A DNA stretch of 64,000 bases from Parcubacteria group bacterium (lineage in GTDB: Bacteria > Patescibacteriota > Patescibacteriia > UBA2169): the NCBI GenBank assembly GCA_016181765.1, contig JACOYR010000004.1, positions 35,320 to 99,319 of the forward strand, read 5' to 3'. Numbering within the stretch: position 1 is the first letter of the stretch; each line of letters begins with the position of its first letter. The position numbers and the translations under genes are program-made. This document shows, piece by piece, positions 1-9,334 of this stretch. Under the pieces are notes generated by a model that saw only the letters and a list, made by a program, of their open reading frames with translations, was not told where the DNA came from and made no database searches.

Positions 1-1031
1 CCTGCGCCCATAAACAGCATGTCGGAGTTCCCGGGGTACAGGGCAAGCTCCGTAGCTGTCCGGGTCGTGGGAAGGGGCCGCGGAATCCAGTTGAACCCGC
101 CGTCCAGGGAGTGGTACAGGGTGGACGTGGTCCCGTAGAAAATCTCAAGCGGATTCTCCTGGTTTACCGCAACTGAATATATGTTAGCGTCCCGCGGACC
201 CGAAATCAAGGGCAAACTGGTCCAGTCCTCCCCATGGTTCAGGCTCCGCAGGAGCCCGTAGCGCGAAGCGTACACAATGCCGGATGGAACGAGCGCGTAG
301 CCGCGCGGGTCATTGGCGCCCGCAAAAGGCTTGAACTCCTCTTCAAAGTAGGACCAGTGCTCCCCCGCATCTTCGGAACGCGCGAGGCCCCTGCCGGAAA
401 CAAGCGCATACATAGTCTGGTCGCGCTGCGGGTGGAACTGCATGCGGGTGAGCGTAGTACCTGTGCCGAGCGATGCGTGCACGCGCCAGGATATGCCGGA
501 GTCGTCCGAAACCAGCAGATCGCCGATGCTCGTGGCCGCGTACACGGTCGCGGTGCGGCCGGGGCGCAGGGCAACGCTCGTGATGAGTATGCCCGGATTG
601 TCGCTGGTGTAGACGCTCTTCCACGTCACGCCCTCATCCGTTGACAGCGCTACTGTTGCGCCAACCGCCGCATAGATGCGGCTCGGGTTCTCGGGGTGTA
701 TGGCTATGTCAGCCACTCCGGTGTTCGGCAGGACCAAATCCCAAAAATGCCCCTGGTTCCACGAAAACCACAGCCCGCTCTTCTCGCTGATTGCGAACAG
801 TTTGCGCGGATCAGCCGGCGAGAACACGAACCGCGCGATATTCACCTCGCTGATGGTCTTCTCTGAAACGCGGTCCTTGTATATGGTTGAGCGCTGTTCC
901 CACGCCTCTCCATCGCTTGCGGAAACCCACACCCCGCCGTCAGACGCCGCAAGATTAGATCGTCCCGGCGTGCATGCCGCTCCGAGGAACAATGGAAATG
1001 CCAGTATGATGGCAAGTGATAAGGCGCGCAT
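1..1031 (-). CDS. BNR/sialidase-type beta-propeller lipoprotein (runs off the window start)
   Basis: Not in the ORF track; translated by hand. Begins MRALSLAIILAFPLFLGAAC (lipobox-like) and has repeated S-x-D-x-G-x-x-W Asp-boxes (SASDGEAW, STDEGVTW, SDDSGISW, SEDAGEHW, SLDGGFNW). Confidence 0.8.
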   Translation of the reverse strand, partial: MRALSLAIILAFPLFLGAACTPGRSNLAASDGGVWVSASDGEAWEQRSTIYKDRVSEKTISEVNIARFVFSPADPRKLFAISEKSGLWFSWNQGHFWDLVLPNTGVADIAIHPENPSRIYAAVGATVALSTDEGVTWKSVYTSDNPGILITSVALRPGRTATVYAATSIGDLLVSDDSGISWRVHASLGTGTTLTRMQFHPQRDQTMYALVSGRGLARSEDAGEHWSYFEEEFKPFAGANDPRGYALVPSGIVYASRYGLLRSLNHGEDWTSLPLISGPRDANIYSVAVNQENPLEIFYGTTSTLYHSLDGGFNWIPRPLPTTRTATELALYPGNSDMLFMGA

Positions 1032-1040
1032 ATTTTGTTT

Positions 1041-1748
1041 TTATAGTGAAATGATGAGGCGCTCCGCAACGAGCTGCCAGTTGCGCGCCTTGGGGTATGC
1101 CAAGGCCCGGATGAGGTCGCGCATGGCGCGGGCCAATGATTTTGAACGTGTTCCGGAAAGCCGGGAGCGCAGCTTGGGAAGCGCTTCCTGGAGCCAGGAG
1201 CGGATGTCGCCTTGGACGATGCCCGCGGAAAGCCACAAGCGCATGCGCGCAGGCGCCGAATCTGCCGCAAGCAGGGAGTGGATCAGGTGCTCCGGGCCGG
1301 TCGCGGGCCTATCCTCCCGCTCCGGGGCAACATGCAGGGCCACCACGCGCGAATACACAGTGGGAAGGATGCGCTTTGCATGATTTAAGAGCAAAAAAAT
1401 GTACGTACTATCGCTTGGCTCCTCCAAAATTTTCAAAAACGCATTCTGGGCTTCAGTGTTTAAGGTGTGCGCCTGGTTGATGATGAGCGCCTTTTTATCC
1501 GCGGCAAGGGGGGTCAGGGAAAGCCAGGACCGCGCCTCGCGCACCGTGCCGATGGTTATCACGTCTTCCTCCGGCCCAATGATTTTGATATCCGGATGCG
1601 CCATTGAATCAGCCGGAAAAAAATCTTTCAAGAACAGCCCAAGCAGTTCCATCTTGCCCGAATTCTCGGGCCCGATGAGCGCGTAGCCGTGCGCCAGCGT
1701 TTTGTTCTCTGATGCATGGTGCAGGTAAGAAAGAATATCCTGGTGCAT
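1041..1748 (-). CDS. holB: DNA polymerase III delta-prime subunit
   Basis: AHGYALIGPENSGK, HPD, AQNAFLKILEEP, ILPTVYSR motifs. Start moved to MHQDIL, just after the promoter. Confidence 0.88.
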   Translation of the reverse strand: MHQDILSYLHHASENKTLAHGYALIGPENSGKMELLGLFLKDFFPADSMAHPDIKIIGPEEDVITIGTVREARSWLSLTPLAADKKALIINQAHTLNTEAQNAFLKILEEPSDSTYIFLLLNHAKRILPTVYSRVVALHVAPEREDRPATGPEHLIHSLLAADSAPARMRLWLSAGIVQGDIRSWLQEALPKLRSRLSGTRSKSLARAMRDLIRALAYPKARNWQLVAERLIISL

Positions 1749-1754
1749 GCATCC

Positions 1755-1784
1755 ATTATACAAATAATTATGCAGGTGCGTCAA
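1755..1784 (-). promoter_or_regulatory. sigma70 promoter for holB (leaderless)
   Basis: TTGACG-18 nt-TATAAT, with ATG 6 nt downstream. Confidence 0.7.
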
Positions 1785-1786
1785 GG

Positions 1787-1809
1787 AAAAAGGTGTCAGG
1801 TACCTTTTT
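1787..1809. repeat. short REP-like palindrome AAAAAGGT-gtcaggt-ACCTTTTT
   Basis: 8-bp inverted repeat in the mreB-holB intergenic region. Confidence 0.45.
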
Positions 1810-1862
1810 TTCACCGTGGTACAGGGCTCTCATTTTTTTAACATGCACCTCAAGGTGAACGT

Positions 1863-2876
1863 TTAGCTGGTCGCGAGAATAGAGCGCTTGTAGGACTCAA
1901 GGTTTTCCAAAGCCACGCCCGTGCCCTTTGCCACGCACAGCAGAGCTTCGTCCGCGGTGTAGGCAGGCACGCCGGTTGCCTGGGCAATCAAGCGGTCCAT
2001 GTTCCGCAGGAGCGATGAACCGCCGGACAACACAATTCCCTTATCTATCACGTCCGCGGAAAGTTCCGGCGGCGTGCTCTGGAGCACGGTTTTGACGGAC
2101 GAGATGATGCCTTCCAGTTCAGCCTGGATTGCCTCGGTCACGTCATCGGACGACACCGTGACCGTGCGCGGCAAGCCCGACACCATGTCCCTGCCGCGCA
2201 CCTCGCTTGACATCTTCTTCTGCAGATACAAAGCAGAGCCGATGCTGATCTTGATTTCCTCGGCGCTGCGCTCGCCGATGGCCAGGTTGTACTTCTTGCG
2301 GATGTGCTCCATGATGGCCGCGTCAAACCGGTTCCCGCCGATGCGCACCGAGTTGTTTGCCACGATTCCGCCCAGCGAGATGACGGCCATTTCGCTCGTG
2401 CCGCCGCCCAGGTCTATGATCATGTGCCCGCTTGCGGAGCCAATTGGAATATTCGCGCCTATTGCCGCGGCAATGGGCTCTTTGATGATGTATGCCGCTT
2501 TTGCGCCTGCGGCAATGGTCGCGTCAATCACGGCTCTCCGCTCGGTTGAGGTGATGCCCGCAGGAACCGCAACCATCACCTCGGGCCGAAACAGCCGGAT
2601 GGATCCCACTGCCTTGTTGATGAAGTACTTGAGCATGGCCTCGGTGGTCTTGTAGTCCGCAATCACGCCCTCGCGCAAAGGCCGGGACGCCACAATGGTG
2701 TCCGGCGTGCGCCCGAGCATTTCCTTTGCCTCATCCCCCACTGCCAAGACCTCGCGGTCGCGCACCGACACCGCAACTACCGAAGGCTCGTTCAGGATAA
2801 TGCCTTTTCCGGGCACGTGCACCAGGGTGTTGGCCGTGCCCAGGTCAATGCCGATTTTTGATACAAACAGGCTCAT
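1863..2876 (-). CDS. mreB: rod shape-determining protein MreB
   Basis: IGIDLGTANT, EPSVVA, DLGGGTSE, LSGGSSLL actin-family motifs. Confidence 0.97.
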   Translation of the reverse strand: MSLFVSKIGIDLGTANTLVHVPGKGIILNEPSVVAVSVRDREVLAVGDEAKEMLGRTPDTIVASRPLREGVIADYKTTEAMLKYFINKAVGSIRLFRPEVMVAVPAGITSTERRAVIDATIAAGAKAAYIIKEPIAAAIGANIPIGSASGHMIIDLGGGTSEMAVISLGGIVANNSVRIGGNRFDAAIMEHIRKKYNLAIGERSAEEIKISIGSALYLQKKMSSEVRGRDMVSGLPRTVTVSSDDVTEAIQAELEGIISSVKTVLQSTPPELSADVIDKGIVLSGGSSLLRNMDRLIAQATGVPAYTADEALLCVAKGTGVALENLESYKRSILATS

Positions 2877-2898
2877 AGTGAAGTCTTAACGTCAGTTC

Positions 2899-2927
2899 AT
2901 CTTATGCTTTTGAGCAGCGCGCGTCAA
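2899..2927 (-). promoter_or_regulatory. sigma70 promoter for mreB
   Basis: TTGACG-17 nt-TAAGAT. Confidence 0.65.
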
Positions 2928-2978
2928 GCCAAAAACGCCCCGTTCAGAACCTCTGCTCCCGCGCCGGGCCTGCCACTC

Positions 2979-4886
2979 TTACTTTGTGAGCGTGATGGTG
3001 CGGTCGCGAGCCAGGTCCCACGCGCCCTGCACGCGGTTGCCTGATTCTTTATCCAGAACTTTTTGGGGTTCTCTCCGGTTGATGTTGAAAGGTACGGCGA
3101 GGTCAAGTTCTAATTGATGAGGAGTTGTTCCTCCCTGCTTTTGAATATACAGCGAGTATCGGCCCTCGGCAATGCGGCTCGCGAGTTCTTTCGGCAAGGT
3201 ATAGGTAAACGACAGAGTCTCCGAGGTGAGAGGCTCAATGGAAATGAACGTGCCGAACACAGTCTTTCCGTGCTCATCCGAAACCGCAACCGGCTCCTCG
3301 TTGCCCCGGGCCGCCACAAAGGTTGAGCCGCGGGGCACGTACAGCCGGGTGTAGGTCCGGTAGCGCGTGGTCTTCCAGTCAAAATCTCCGGTGTGCTCGT
3401 AGGTGACGGAAACCGTTGCGCTCATCTTCCCGTCCGCGCCCGGCGCTAATGCGTAGCTAATGGTTCGGTTGATGGCGGGATCGCTCTTGAGGCTGCCCAG
3501 ATTGGCATCAACCACGAAAAAGTAATCCCCGTCCGCGGGCGCCACCTGGCCCGCCCACTGCATGCTCTCTGCCAGGCGCTGCGCTACTTCGTCCTCAAAG
3601 TACACCAAGAGCTGCCGTTCGCCCAAAGCATCAAGCACAATGGGCACGAGCAAACGAAGCTGGTCCAGAGACATACTGAATACCTTTTCCTTGAGCTCGC
3701 GGGCCACGTCATCAATGATCTCCTTGCGGTTGTAGATGGTAATGCCCTCGCCCTTAAACCCAAGCTCAACGTGGTACGCGAGCTCATCAATCAGGTTTTG
3801 CGAAGTGAATTCCTTGCCGTTGACCGCAATCGGCCCGAGCACGCCCATCAATTCCTCCACAACCGTAGGGGTCAGAGCAATCACCCCGTCAAACCGAGAT
3901 ACCGGGCCGCGCTCATCTTTGTAAAACTGGATTGCGCGGGCCGCTGATGTGGGGAAATCCGGATCCCAGTTTGAATCCCTCAAAAACCACTGCGACTGCT
4001 TGATGTACCGCTGCAAGGGCGCGGGAGGGATCTTTTCGTTGTATGCTTTGGCCGGCTCATCCAGGTTATACACGTTGTCTGTGGTAAACGAAACCACGCC
4101 CGCGTTGCGGACCCGCAACACGCCGTACGTGCCAATGAACCCGCCGGTCGGCCGCAGCTCTGTATTATTCTGCAGGAGCAGGAGGTACGTCTTTTCGCCG
4201 GGGTACCCAAGCACGCGCGGGGCAGCCCCAATCCACGGGGACATGCGGTTAAACACGGTCTGGCCCGCCAAGAGCTTTTCCGAGAGCTGGTTTATTTTTG
4301 AATTTATTGATGAAAACCGCGTAGTGCGGCGCGCGTCTTCCAAAAACACCAGCGCCAAACCGGTCTGGTTGGCAACGCGCTCCCAAAGCACGGTTGAATC
4401 GCTTATCGCTTTCAAAAAAGCGGCTTTATCCTGCTCTGTAAGCTCGCTAAAAGAATTAACGCTCGTCTCTGACAACAGGGGCACTCCCTCTGCCCACAGG
4501 ATAACCGGCCGGGCAGACGCCAGCGAGAGCTTGCCCGCGGCGATGAGCGACCGGACGGACGCAGCTTCGTTTGAAACGAGCGGCAGGAGCGTAAATGGAT
4601 ACAGCTTGTCCAGGTCGCGCTCAAATTCGGAGAGATTGACTTCCGCCGCATCTAAAAGCGCTATGGTTCCCTGCCAGTCGCGGGCAGCTGCGGACGTTTT
4701 CAGGGGTTCCACCAGCCCGGCCATCTGCCGCGCATTACGGTATGCGTCTATCGCGAAATACCCGTAGTACACAACCAAAAACAGCGCAACCAGGCCCGCA
4801 GCCGCAATTCGCTGGTTTTTTTGGGGAACCAATTTCCGCATGCTCTCCCTGCTGAAATATGGCTTGAGGTCGGTAAGTTTAAGCAT
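2979..4886 (-). CDS. DUF4012 domain membrane-anchored protein
   Basis: N-terminal TM; YLLLLQNNTELRPTGGFIG and RDSNWDPDFPTSA motifs. Confidence 0.85.
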   Translation of the reverse strand: MLKLTDLKPYFSRESMRKLVPQKNQRIAAAGLVALFLVVYYGYFAIDAYRNARQMAGLVEPLKTSAAARDWQGTIALLDAAEVNLSEFERDLDKLYPFTLLPLVSNEAASVRSLIAAGKLSLASARPVILWAEGVPLLSETSVNSFSELTEQDKAAFLKAISDSTVLWERVANQTGLALVFLEDARRTTRFSSINSKINQLSEKLLAGQTVFNRMSPWIGAAPRVLGYPGEKTYLLLLQNNTELRPTGGFIGTYGVLRVRNAGVVSFTTDNVYNLDEPAKAYNEKIPPAPLQRYIKQSQWFLRDSNWDPDFPTSAARAIQFYKDERGPVSRFDGVIALTPTVVEELMGVLGPIAVNGKEFTSQNLIDELAYHVELGFKGEGITIYNRKEIIDDVARELKEKVFSMSLDQLRLLVPIVLDALGERQLLVYFEDEVAQRLAESMQWAGQVAPADGDYFFVVDANLGSLKSDPAINRTISYALAPGADGKMSATVSVTYEHTGDFDWKTTRYRTYTRLYVPRGSTFVAARGNEEPVAVSDEHGKTVFGTFISIEPLTSETLSFTYTLPKELASRIAEGRYSLYIQKQGGTTPHQLELDLAVPFNINRREPQKVLDKESGNRVQGAWDLARDRTITLTK

Positions 4887-5700
4887 GGCGTTTTTCCGGC
4901 AGATTGAATCCCCACTTCCTAAAATATTTCAGGGCGCTCCCTAGATGTATCCAGGACATCTTGTTGAAGAACGATAAATAGAAATGGCTTGATACGGACG
5001 CGCGGCCGTGGTAGTGGATGATTTCCACATCCGAAAGGTACCGCACCTCAAAGCCTGCTTCCCAGAACCTGCGGCACCAGTCCGTGTCTTCCAGGAACAA
5101 AAAGAATCGCTCATCCATCAAGCCCACCTGTTTGATTGCCTCGCGCCGCGCGATCATGCACGAGCCCTGCACCCAGTCCACCTGCCGGTTGTCCGTGTGG
5201 TCCCAATCCATCATCAGGTACTTTTTGATTGCGCGCTGCGCGAACCCGAGCCGCGCAAGCGGCGTGCGGCGGTACATTAAAACCTGGGGCGAGGGGAAGC
5301 GGTACACAAAATACTGCAAGCTCCCGTCCGGCGAAAGCAATCGCGGACCCGCGATCCCGACGTTCGGGTTTGCGTCCATATAATCCGCCATTGCCTTGAG
5401 GGAGTTGTCCCAGATCACGATATCCGGATTCATGATGAGCGCATACCGCCCAGCCGAACGGCTGATGCCCAGATTATTGCCCGCGGAAAACCCCTTGTTC
5501 TCTTTAGACTCCAAAAGCTTGACCTGCGGAAACCGCGGCAAAATCTTTTCTTTGATATACGCAACCGACCCGTCCGTGGACGCGTTGTCCACGATGACAA
5601 TTTCATAATCAAGATCCGCGGTATGTTGAACCATGCCCTTGATGCAGGGCAGGAGGAAATCCTTGGTGTTGTAATTAAGTATGATGGCTGACAGGTCCAT
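4879..5700 (-). CDS. GT2 glycosyltransferase (WbbL-like)
   Basis: VDNASTDGS, NKGFSAGNN, MNPD, GSCM, FLEDTDWC. Confidence 0.92.
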   Translation of the reverse strand: MDLSAIILNYNTKDFLLPCIKGMVQHTADLDYEIVIVDNASTDGSVAYIKEKILPRFPQVKLLESKENKGFSAGNNLGISRSAGRYALIMNPDIVIWDNSLKAMADYMDANPNVGIAGPRLLSPDGSLQYFVYRFPSPQVLMYRRTPLARLGFAQRAIKKYLMMDWDHTDNRQVDWVQGSCMIARREAIKQVGLMDERFFLFLEDTDWCRRFWEAGFEVRYLSDVEIIHYHGRASVSSHFYLSFFNKMSWIHLGSALKYFRKWGFNLPEKRHA

Positions 5701-5710
5701 ATTTTCGGAT

Positions 5711-5783
5711 GTCATTGCGAAGCGCCAATGAGGCGCTGAAGCAATCCTTGTCCCGAGCGAAGCGTGGGGATTATCGTCGCAAT
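5711..5783. repeat. palindromic element, family A (GTCATTGCGA...TCGCAAT)
   Basis: Same termini and GAAGCAATC core as the copies at 7858 and 8701; overlaps the upstream GT2 stop codon. Confidence 0.7.
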
Positions 5784-6649
5784 AGGGGTACGTATATAAA
5801 TTTAAGCAGTTCGTACACGGCTACAAACGGCATGCGCCACCAGTCTCTCCATGAGAGATTTTTTTTGAGCATCAGCAAATGGTTCTTGTAACTCTCTTCT
5901 TTGGCCCAATCGTGCCGTGACTTCCTGTTACCTTTTGAGACCGCTCGTTGATGGAGAGCCATTGCTTTTATAGCTAGTCTTGATTCATAGCCCGTGCGAT
6001 TTAGCCGCCAGGCAAGGTCAGCGTCCTCTTTGTACATCCAAAACCTCTCGTCAAAGATGCCGTACTTATCTTTGGCTGATTCCAAGGCCGAAAGCCTATA
6101 AAGCGCGCATGCCCCGGACACGCCCCAGACCCTCTCTGTGGGCTCAAATTTTGCGTTTTCAAGCTTGTTTTCGCCAGTATTGGCCACCTGGCCCCAAGGC
6201 AGTATTTTAATGCCCAGTGAGTCAATTATGCCAGATTTTTGGCCAAAAGGCAATATTTTATAGGTTTTGGGGGCTACCGCGGCTATCCGACTTCCCCCCC
6301 CTGTAATCAGGGGGGGATTAAAGGGGGGGTCTGCCTCCATTTTAGCAACCATCTCCTTGAGGCACCCTTCTTGCAGTTCCACATCCGGATTCAACACTAA
6401 AACATACGGCGCTGCGCACTCCGCAAATCCTTGATTGTGCGCCCTTGCAAATCCCTTGTTGTCGTTATTGGTGATGACGCGAACTTCGGGATGATATTTT
6501 CGAACCCAATCAAGTGTCCCATCTGTTGATGCGTTGTCAATCACAAGAATATCAAAATCAACACCCTGCTGTTTTGCGATTCCCCTAAACAGGCGCTCAA
6601 GGTGTTCTTGCGAATTGTGTGTAACAATCTGGATTTGAACTTTCGGCAT
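5771..6649 (-). CDS. GT2 glycosyltransferase
   Basis: IDNASTDGT, GFARAHNQG, LNPD, SGAC, YKEDADL. Confidence 0.92.
   Translation of the reverse strand: MPKVQIQIVTHNSQEHLERLFRGIAKQQGVDFDILVIDNASTDGTLDWVRKYHPEVRVITNNDNKGFARAHNQGFAECAAPYVLVLNPDVELQEGCLKEMVAKMEADPPFNPPLITGGGSRIAAVAPKTYKILPFGQKSGIIDSLGIKILPWGQVANTGENKLENAKFEPTERVWGVSGACALYRLSALESAKDKYGIFDERFWMYKEDADLAWRLNRTGYESRLAIKAMALHQRAVSKGNRKSRHDWAKEESYKNHLLMLKKNLSWRDWWRMPFVAVYELLKFIYVPLLRR
6292..6330. repeat. C-rich/G-rich hairpin, family B, in frame in GT2
   Basis: CCCCCCCCTGTAATCAGGGGGGG-attaaa-GGGGGGG; encodes PPFNPPLITGGG. Confidence 0.75.
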
Positions 6650-6651
6650 AA

Positions 6652-6879
6652 TCAAGAGTTAAGCAATTCAAAATACCGCTCCCTGCTCATGCCAGCGGTT
6701 TTGAGCAGGCCCTCTATGATATACACCGGAACCTGCCGATACATAGGGATGATGAGCGAACGCTTAGTGCCTGTCTTGTCATATACCAAATGGTCGCCCC
6801 TGGTTCTGATATGCGTGAAACCGTCCCGTACGAACACGTGCACCAGCTCCCTCCAATGTACCGGCGCCATCCTGGGCAT
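6652..6879 (-). CDS. hicA: HicA-family toxin
   Basis: 75 aa with GF...RTRGDHLVY...IIP pattern; adjacent to a HicB-like gene. Confidence 0.85.
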   Translation of the reverse strand: MPRMAPVHWRELVHVFVRDGFTHIRTRGDHLVYDKTGTKRSLIIPMYRQVPVYIIEGLLKTAGMSRERYFELLNS

Positions 6880-6882
6880 ACG

Positions 6883-7152
6883 CTAAATCGCCACGCTCAT
6901 CTTTTCGTGCTTGACAATCTCCGGAGGTTTCCACTCTTGATCGTACGTAAAACCCAGTTCTTCTAGTACATCCTTAGTCGTACCTTTACGTTCTGTCTCC
7001 TCGAAAAAAATCTCCGTGACTTCCTGTATATTTTTCCAGGCTTCCTCGACTGTATACCCGCACGACGAAAGCTGCAACAAAGGAATGTGTGCCACATACA
7101 TATCTCCTTCTTTCCAGATTTGGGTGTCCAGTTGCACAAATGATGACTGCAT
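6883..7152 (-). CDS. hicB: HicB-family antitoxin
   Basis: KEGDMYVAHIPLLQLSSCGYTVEEAWKNIQE pattern. Confidence 0.82.
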   Translation of the reverse strand: MQSSFVQLDTQIWKEGDMYVAHIPLLQLSSCGYTVEEAWKNIQEVTEIFFEETERKGTTKDVLEELGFTYDQEWKPPEIVKHEKMSVAI

Positions 7153-7166
7153 ACGCCCACAGTATA

Positions 7167-8690
7167 TCAAGTATCCTGCTTTTTATCAACCAACCCCGTC
7201 ACCAACATCACGATGCTGATTCCTAAGGGATGGTTCAAGTACGGGCTTACGCCATGCGTGAGCACAACTGCAACAAGCCCGGCTAATGCGCCCAAGATGA
7301 AATAGTTCTTCTCGCGGCTCGCGATGCGCCAGCCGGACTTGAGGATGCGCCAGAGCAGATAGAGGTACGCGCCAACGCCGAGCAAGCCTATCTTCAGCCA
7401 CATCTCCAACCAGCCCAGTTCAAAGGCCGTAGTGGTGTAATTTCCGTCCGGATTATTTTTTAGCACGCGCGGGTCTTGGGATTGGTAGGTCACGCTGGTC
7501 CCGAATCCTGCGCCGAGCACCGGATGGTTCTTGATTGATTCAAGCAATGGTCGGATTTGCGCATAGCGGGACGAAACCGCTGCTTCGCCCGTGAATTTCC
7601 CGGCGCGGTTTTTTATGAGGTCAGCGTCCGCGTTGCTTGGCGGAATCGGGAACTGCATGGCAACCACGACAAGCCCTAAAGCCAATACGCCCGTGCCCGC
7701 GGTGATGGCGACAAAACGCCCGATGGTTTTGATGCGCTTGGGCATTATGACGAACAGCGCGATAATTAAAGCGACAAACGCAATAACCATTGCCAGCCAA
7801 AAACTGCGCGAAAAACTTGCAATGATGGCAGCCAAAGACAATACCAACAATCCAATAGTCATTGCGAGGCCATAGGCCGAAGCAATCTTATTGTCGCCAT
7901 AAGGCTTATTGCTTACATTAGGCTCCGTCTCGTTGTTAGGATTGCTTCGCTTCGCTCGCAATGACATAAAGAGAACACCGAGCAACATAAACACTCCGAA
8001 CACCAGCCAAATCTGGGACTGCATAAAGATGCGCGAGAGAATGGCAGTGGGATCCACGTTTGTAATTTCCGCAAGATGGCTGGCTCGCGACCATGCATAC
8101 AACACATCCTGCAATCCGAACAGTTCATGGCTGAAGATGTAAAACAAGATGACGGTCTTGGCCGCGAGGTATCCCATGGCCGCGGTTATGACAATGCCTA
8201 CGCGCCGCAGAGCGTCAGACGAAGAGAGCACATCATACATCGGAAATATCAAGGCAAAATATAAATAATTGTTGGCATCCGAAAAAACCAATCCCAGTTC
8301 ATTGCCGCGAAGTGCGCCCCATGCAATCCCCCAGCCGAGGATGACCGCAAGCGCCAAATAGGGTTTGAATAGTTTTGAATGTAAAAACTCAATCCTGCGC
8401 TTCTGCGCGGCGCGCGCTCCCCACGCCAGCATGACTGCAAGCCACAGCGCCATGCGGATTGACACCTCAAACCCGCCAATGGAAATTTCCAGCATCCTGC
8501 CGAATGAGCCAATCACCAGCTCACCAAAAACCAGCATCACCCCATGCTCAAGCCGGCGTATGGTCAAAACAATTGCGCTGACTGCAACAATGCCAAACAG
8601 CCACGCGCCTGTTTGCGGGGATGCGAATGACAGGAACGACAGCGCTTCAGCCAGAACTGCAAAAATGATTGAATATTTAAATAGAGTCAT
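7167..8690 (-). CDS. O-antigen ligase (Wzy/WaaL-like) family protein
   Basis: About 12 TM segments, SFSRSFWL, HPVLGAGFG, and a C-terminal H.G..PY motif. Confidence 0.85.
   Translation of the reverse strand: MTLFKYSIIFAVLAEALSFLSFASPQTGAWLFGIVAVSAIVLTIRRLEHGVMLVFGELVIGSFGRMLEISIGGFEVSIRMALWLAVMLAWGARAAQKRRIEFLHSKLFKPYLALAVILGWGIAWGALRGNELGLVFSDANNYLYFALIFPMYDVLSSSDALRRVGIVITAAMGYLAAKTVILFYIFSHELFGLQDVLYAWSRASHLAEITNVDPTAILSRIFMQSQIWLVFGVFMLLGVLFMSLRAKRSNPNNETEPNVSNKPYGDNKIASAYGLAMTIGLLVLSLAAIIASFSRSFWLAMVIAFVALIIALFVIMPKRIKTIGRFVAITAGTGVLALGLVVVAMQFPIPPSNADADLIKNRAGKFTGEAAVSSRYAQIRPLLESIKNHPVLGAGFGTSVTYQSQDPRVLKNNPDGNYTTTAFELGWLEMWLKIGLLGVGAYLYLLWRILKSGWRIASREKNYFILGALAGLVAVVLTHGVSPYLNHPLGISIVMLVTGLVDKKQDT
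7858..7965. repeat. palindromic element, family A, in frame within O-antigen ligase
   Basis: GTCATTGCGAG...GAAGCAATC...GATTGCTTCG...CTCGCAATGAC; 108 bp = 36 codons. Confidence 0.85.
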
Positions 8691-8700
8691 ATGAGCGATT

Positions 8701-8828
8701 GTCATTGCGAGGAGGCGTACTCGCCAACGAAGCAATCTTATCAGCGCGATGAGGAGGGTCATAGTAAAGACATACCTAAACGCGACGTTAAGTTTGCTTC
8801 GCCCTTGAGTACAGGGTCTCGCAATGAC
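8701..8828. repeat. palindromic element, family A, intergenic
   Basis: GTCATTGCGAG...CGAAGCAA...TTGCTTCG...CTCGCAATGAC. Confidence 0.85.
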
Positions 8829-8852
8829 AATGGTATCATACCTTTTTTGGGC

Positions 8853-8895
8853 AAAAAAAACAGGGGGATCTCTCAAGACTATCCGAGAGTCCCCC
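8853..8895 (-). terminator. probable intrinsic terminator
   Basis: GGGGACTCTC...GAGAGATCCCC stem followed by a T run on the minus strand. Confidence 0.55.
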
Positions 8896-8911
8896 TTGAT
8901 ACGCCGCAGGG

Positions 8912-9334
8912 CTACTTGCCCTTACTCCTCTTCTTTCCGCCTCCCTTGGACGCGATCAATCCTGCAATCCCACCCGTGATGGTTCCGGGTTTGGGATGGG
9001 CCTCGTCCTGCTGGGAGTGACTATGGGATGCGCCACTACCCTGCGATTTGGGCGACGGGGATGTTGGCTGTGCCCGCTTTGAACGGTCACTGGGCCGGCG
9101 CACCCTGGCCGTGTCATTCGGCGGGCCAAGCACGAGCTTCCACACCTGGACGTTGCCGCGGCCCAGACAGACCGTGCATTGGGGCGGCGCAAGCTGCAAG
9201 TCAACTTCAGCTTCATCCAGAACTGCCTGTACTTGCGGCCGCAACTTGGCGCACACCTTTTTGCACAAGCACTTGCCACTGCCTTTGCAGTGTTCACACA
9301 GCTTTGGCGTGGACACTGGTTGCCTGATTCTCAT
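8912..9334 (-). CDS. hypothetical protein with DnaJ-type zinc-finger motifs
   Basis: CEHCKGSG and CTVCLGRG; SD GGAGG; ATGA overlap with the upstream gene. Confidence 0.6.
   Translation of the reverse strand: MRIRQPVSTPKLCEHCKGSGKCLCKKVCAKLRPQVQAVLDEAEVDLQLAPPQCTVCLGRGNVQVWKLVLGPPNDTARVRRPSDRSKRAQPTSPSPKSQGSGASHSHSQQDEAHPKPGTITGGIAGLIASKGGGKKRSKGK

Noticed and set aside
8691-8876. N-terminal extension of the O-antigen ligase ORF
   Set aside because: It reads through a palindromic repeat and a terminator region; the start at 8690 is more plausible.
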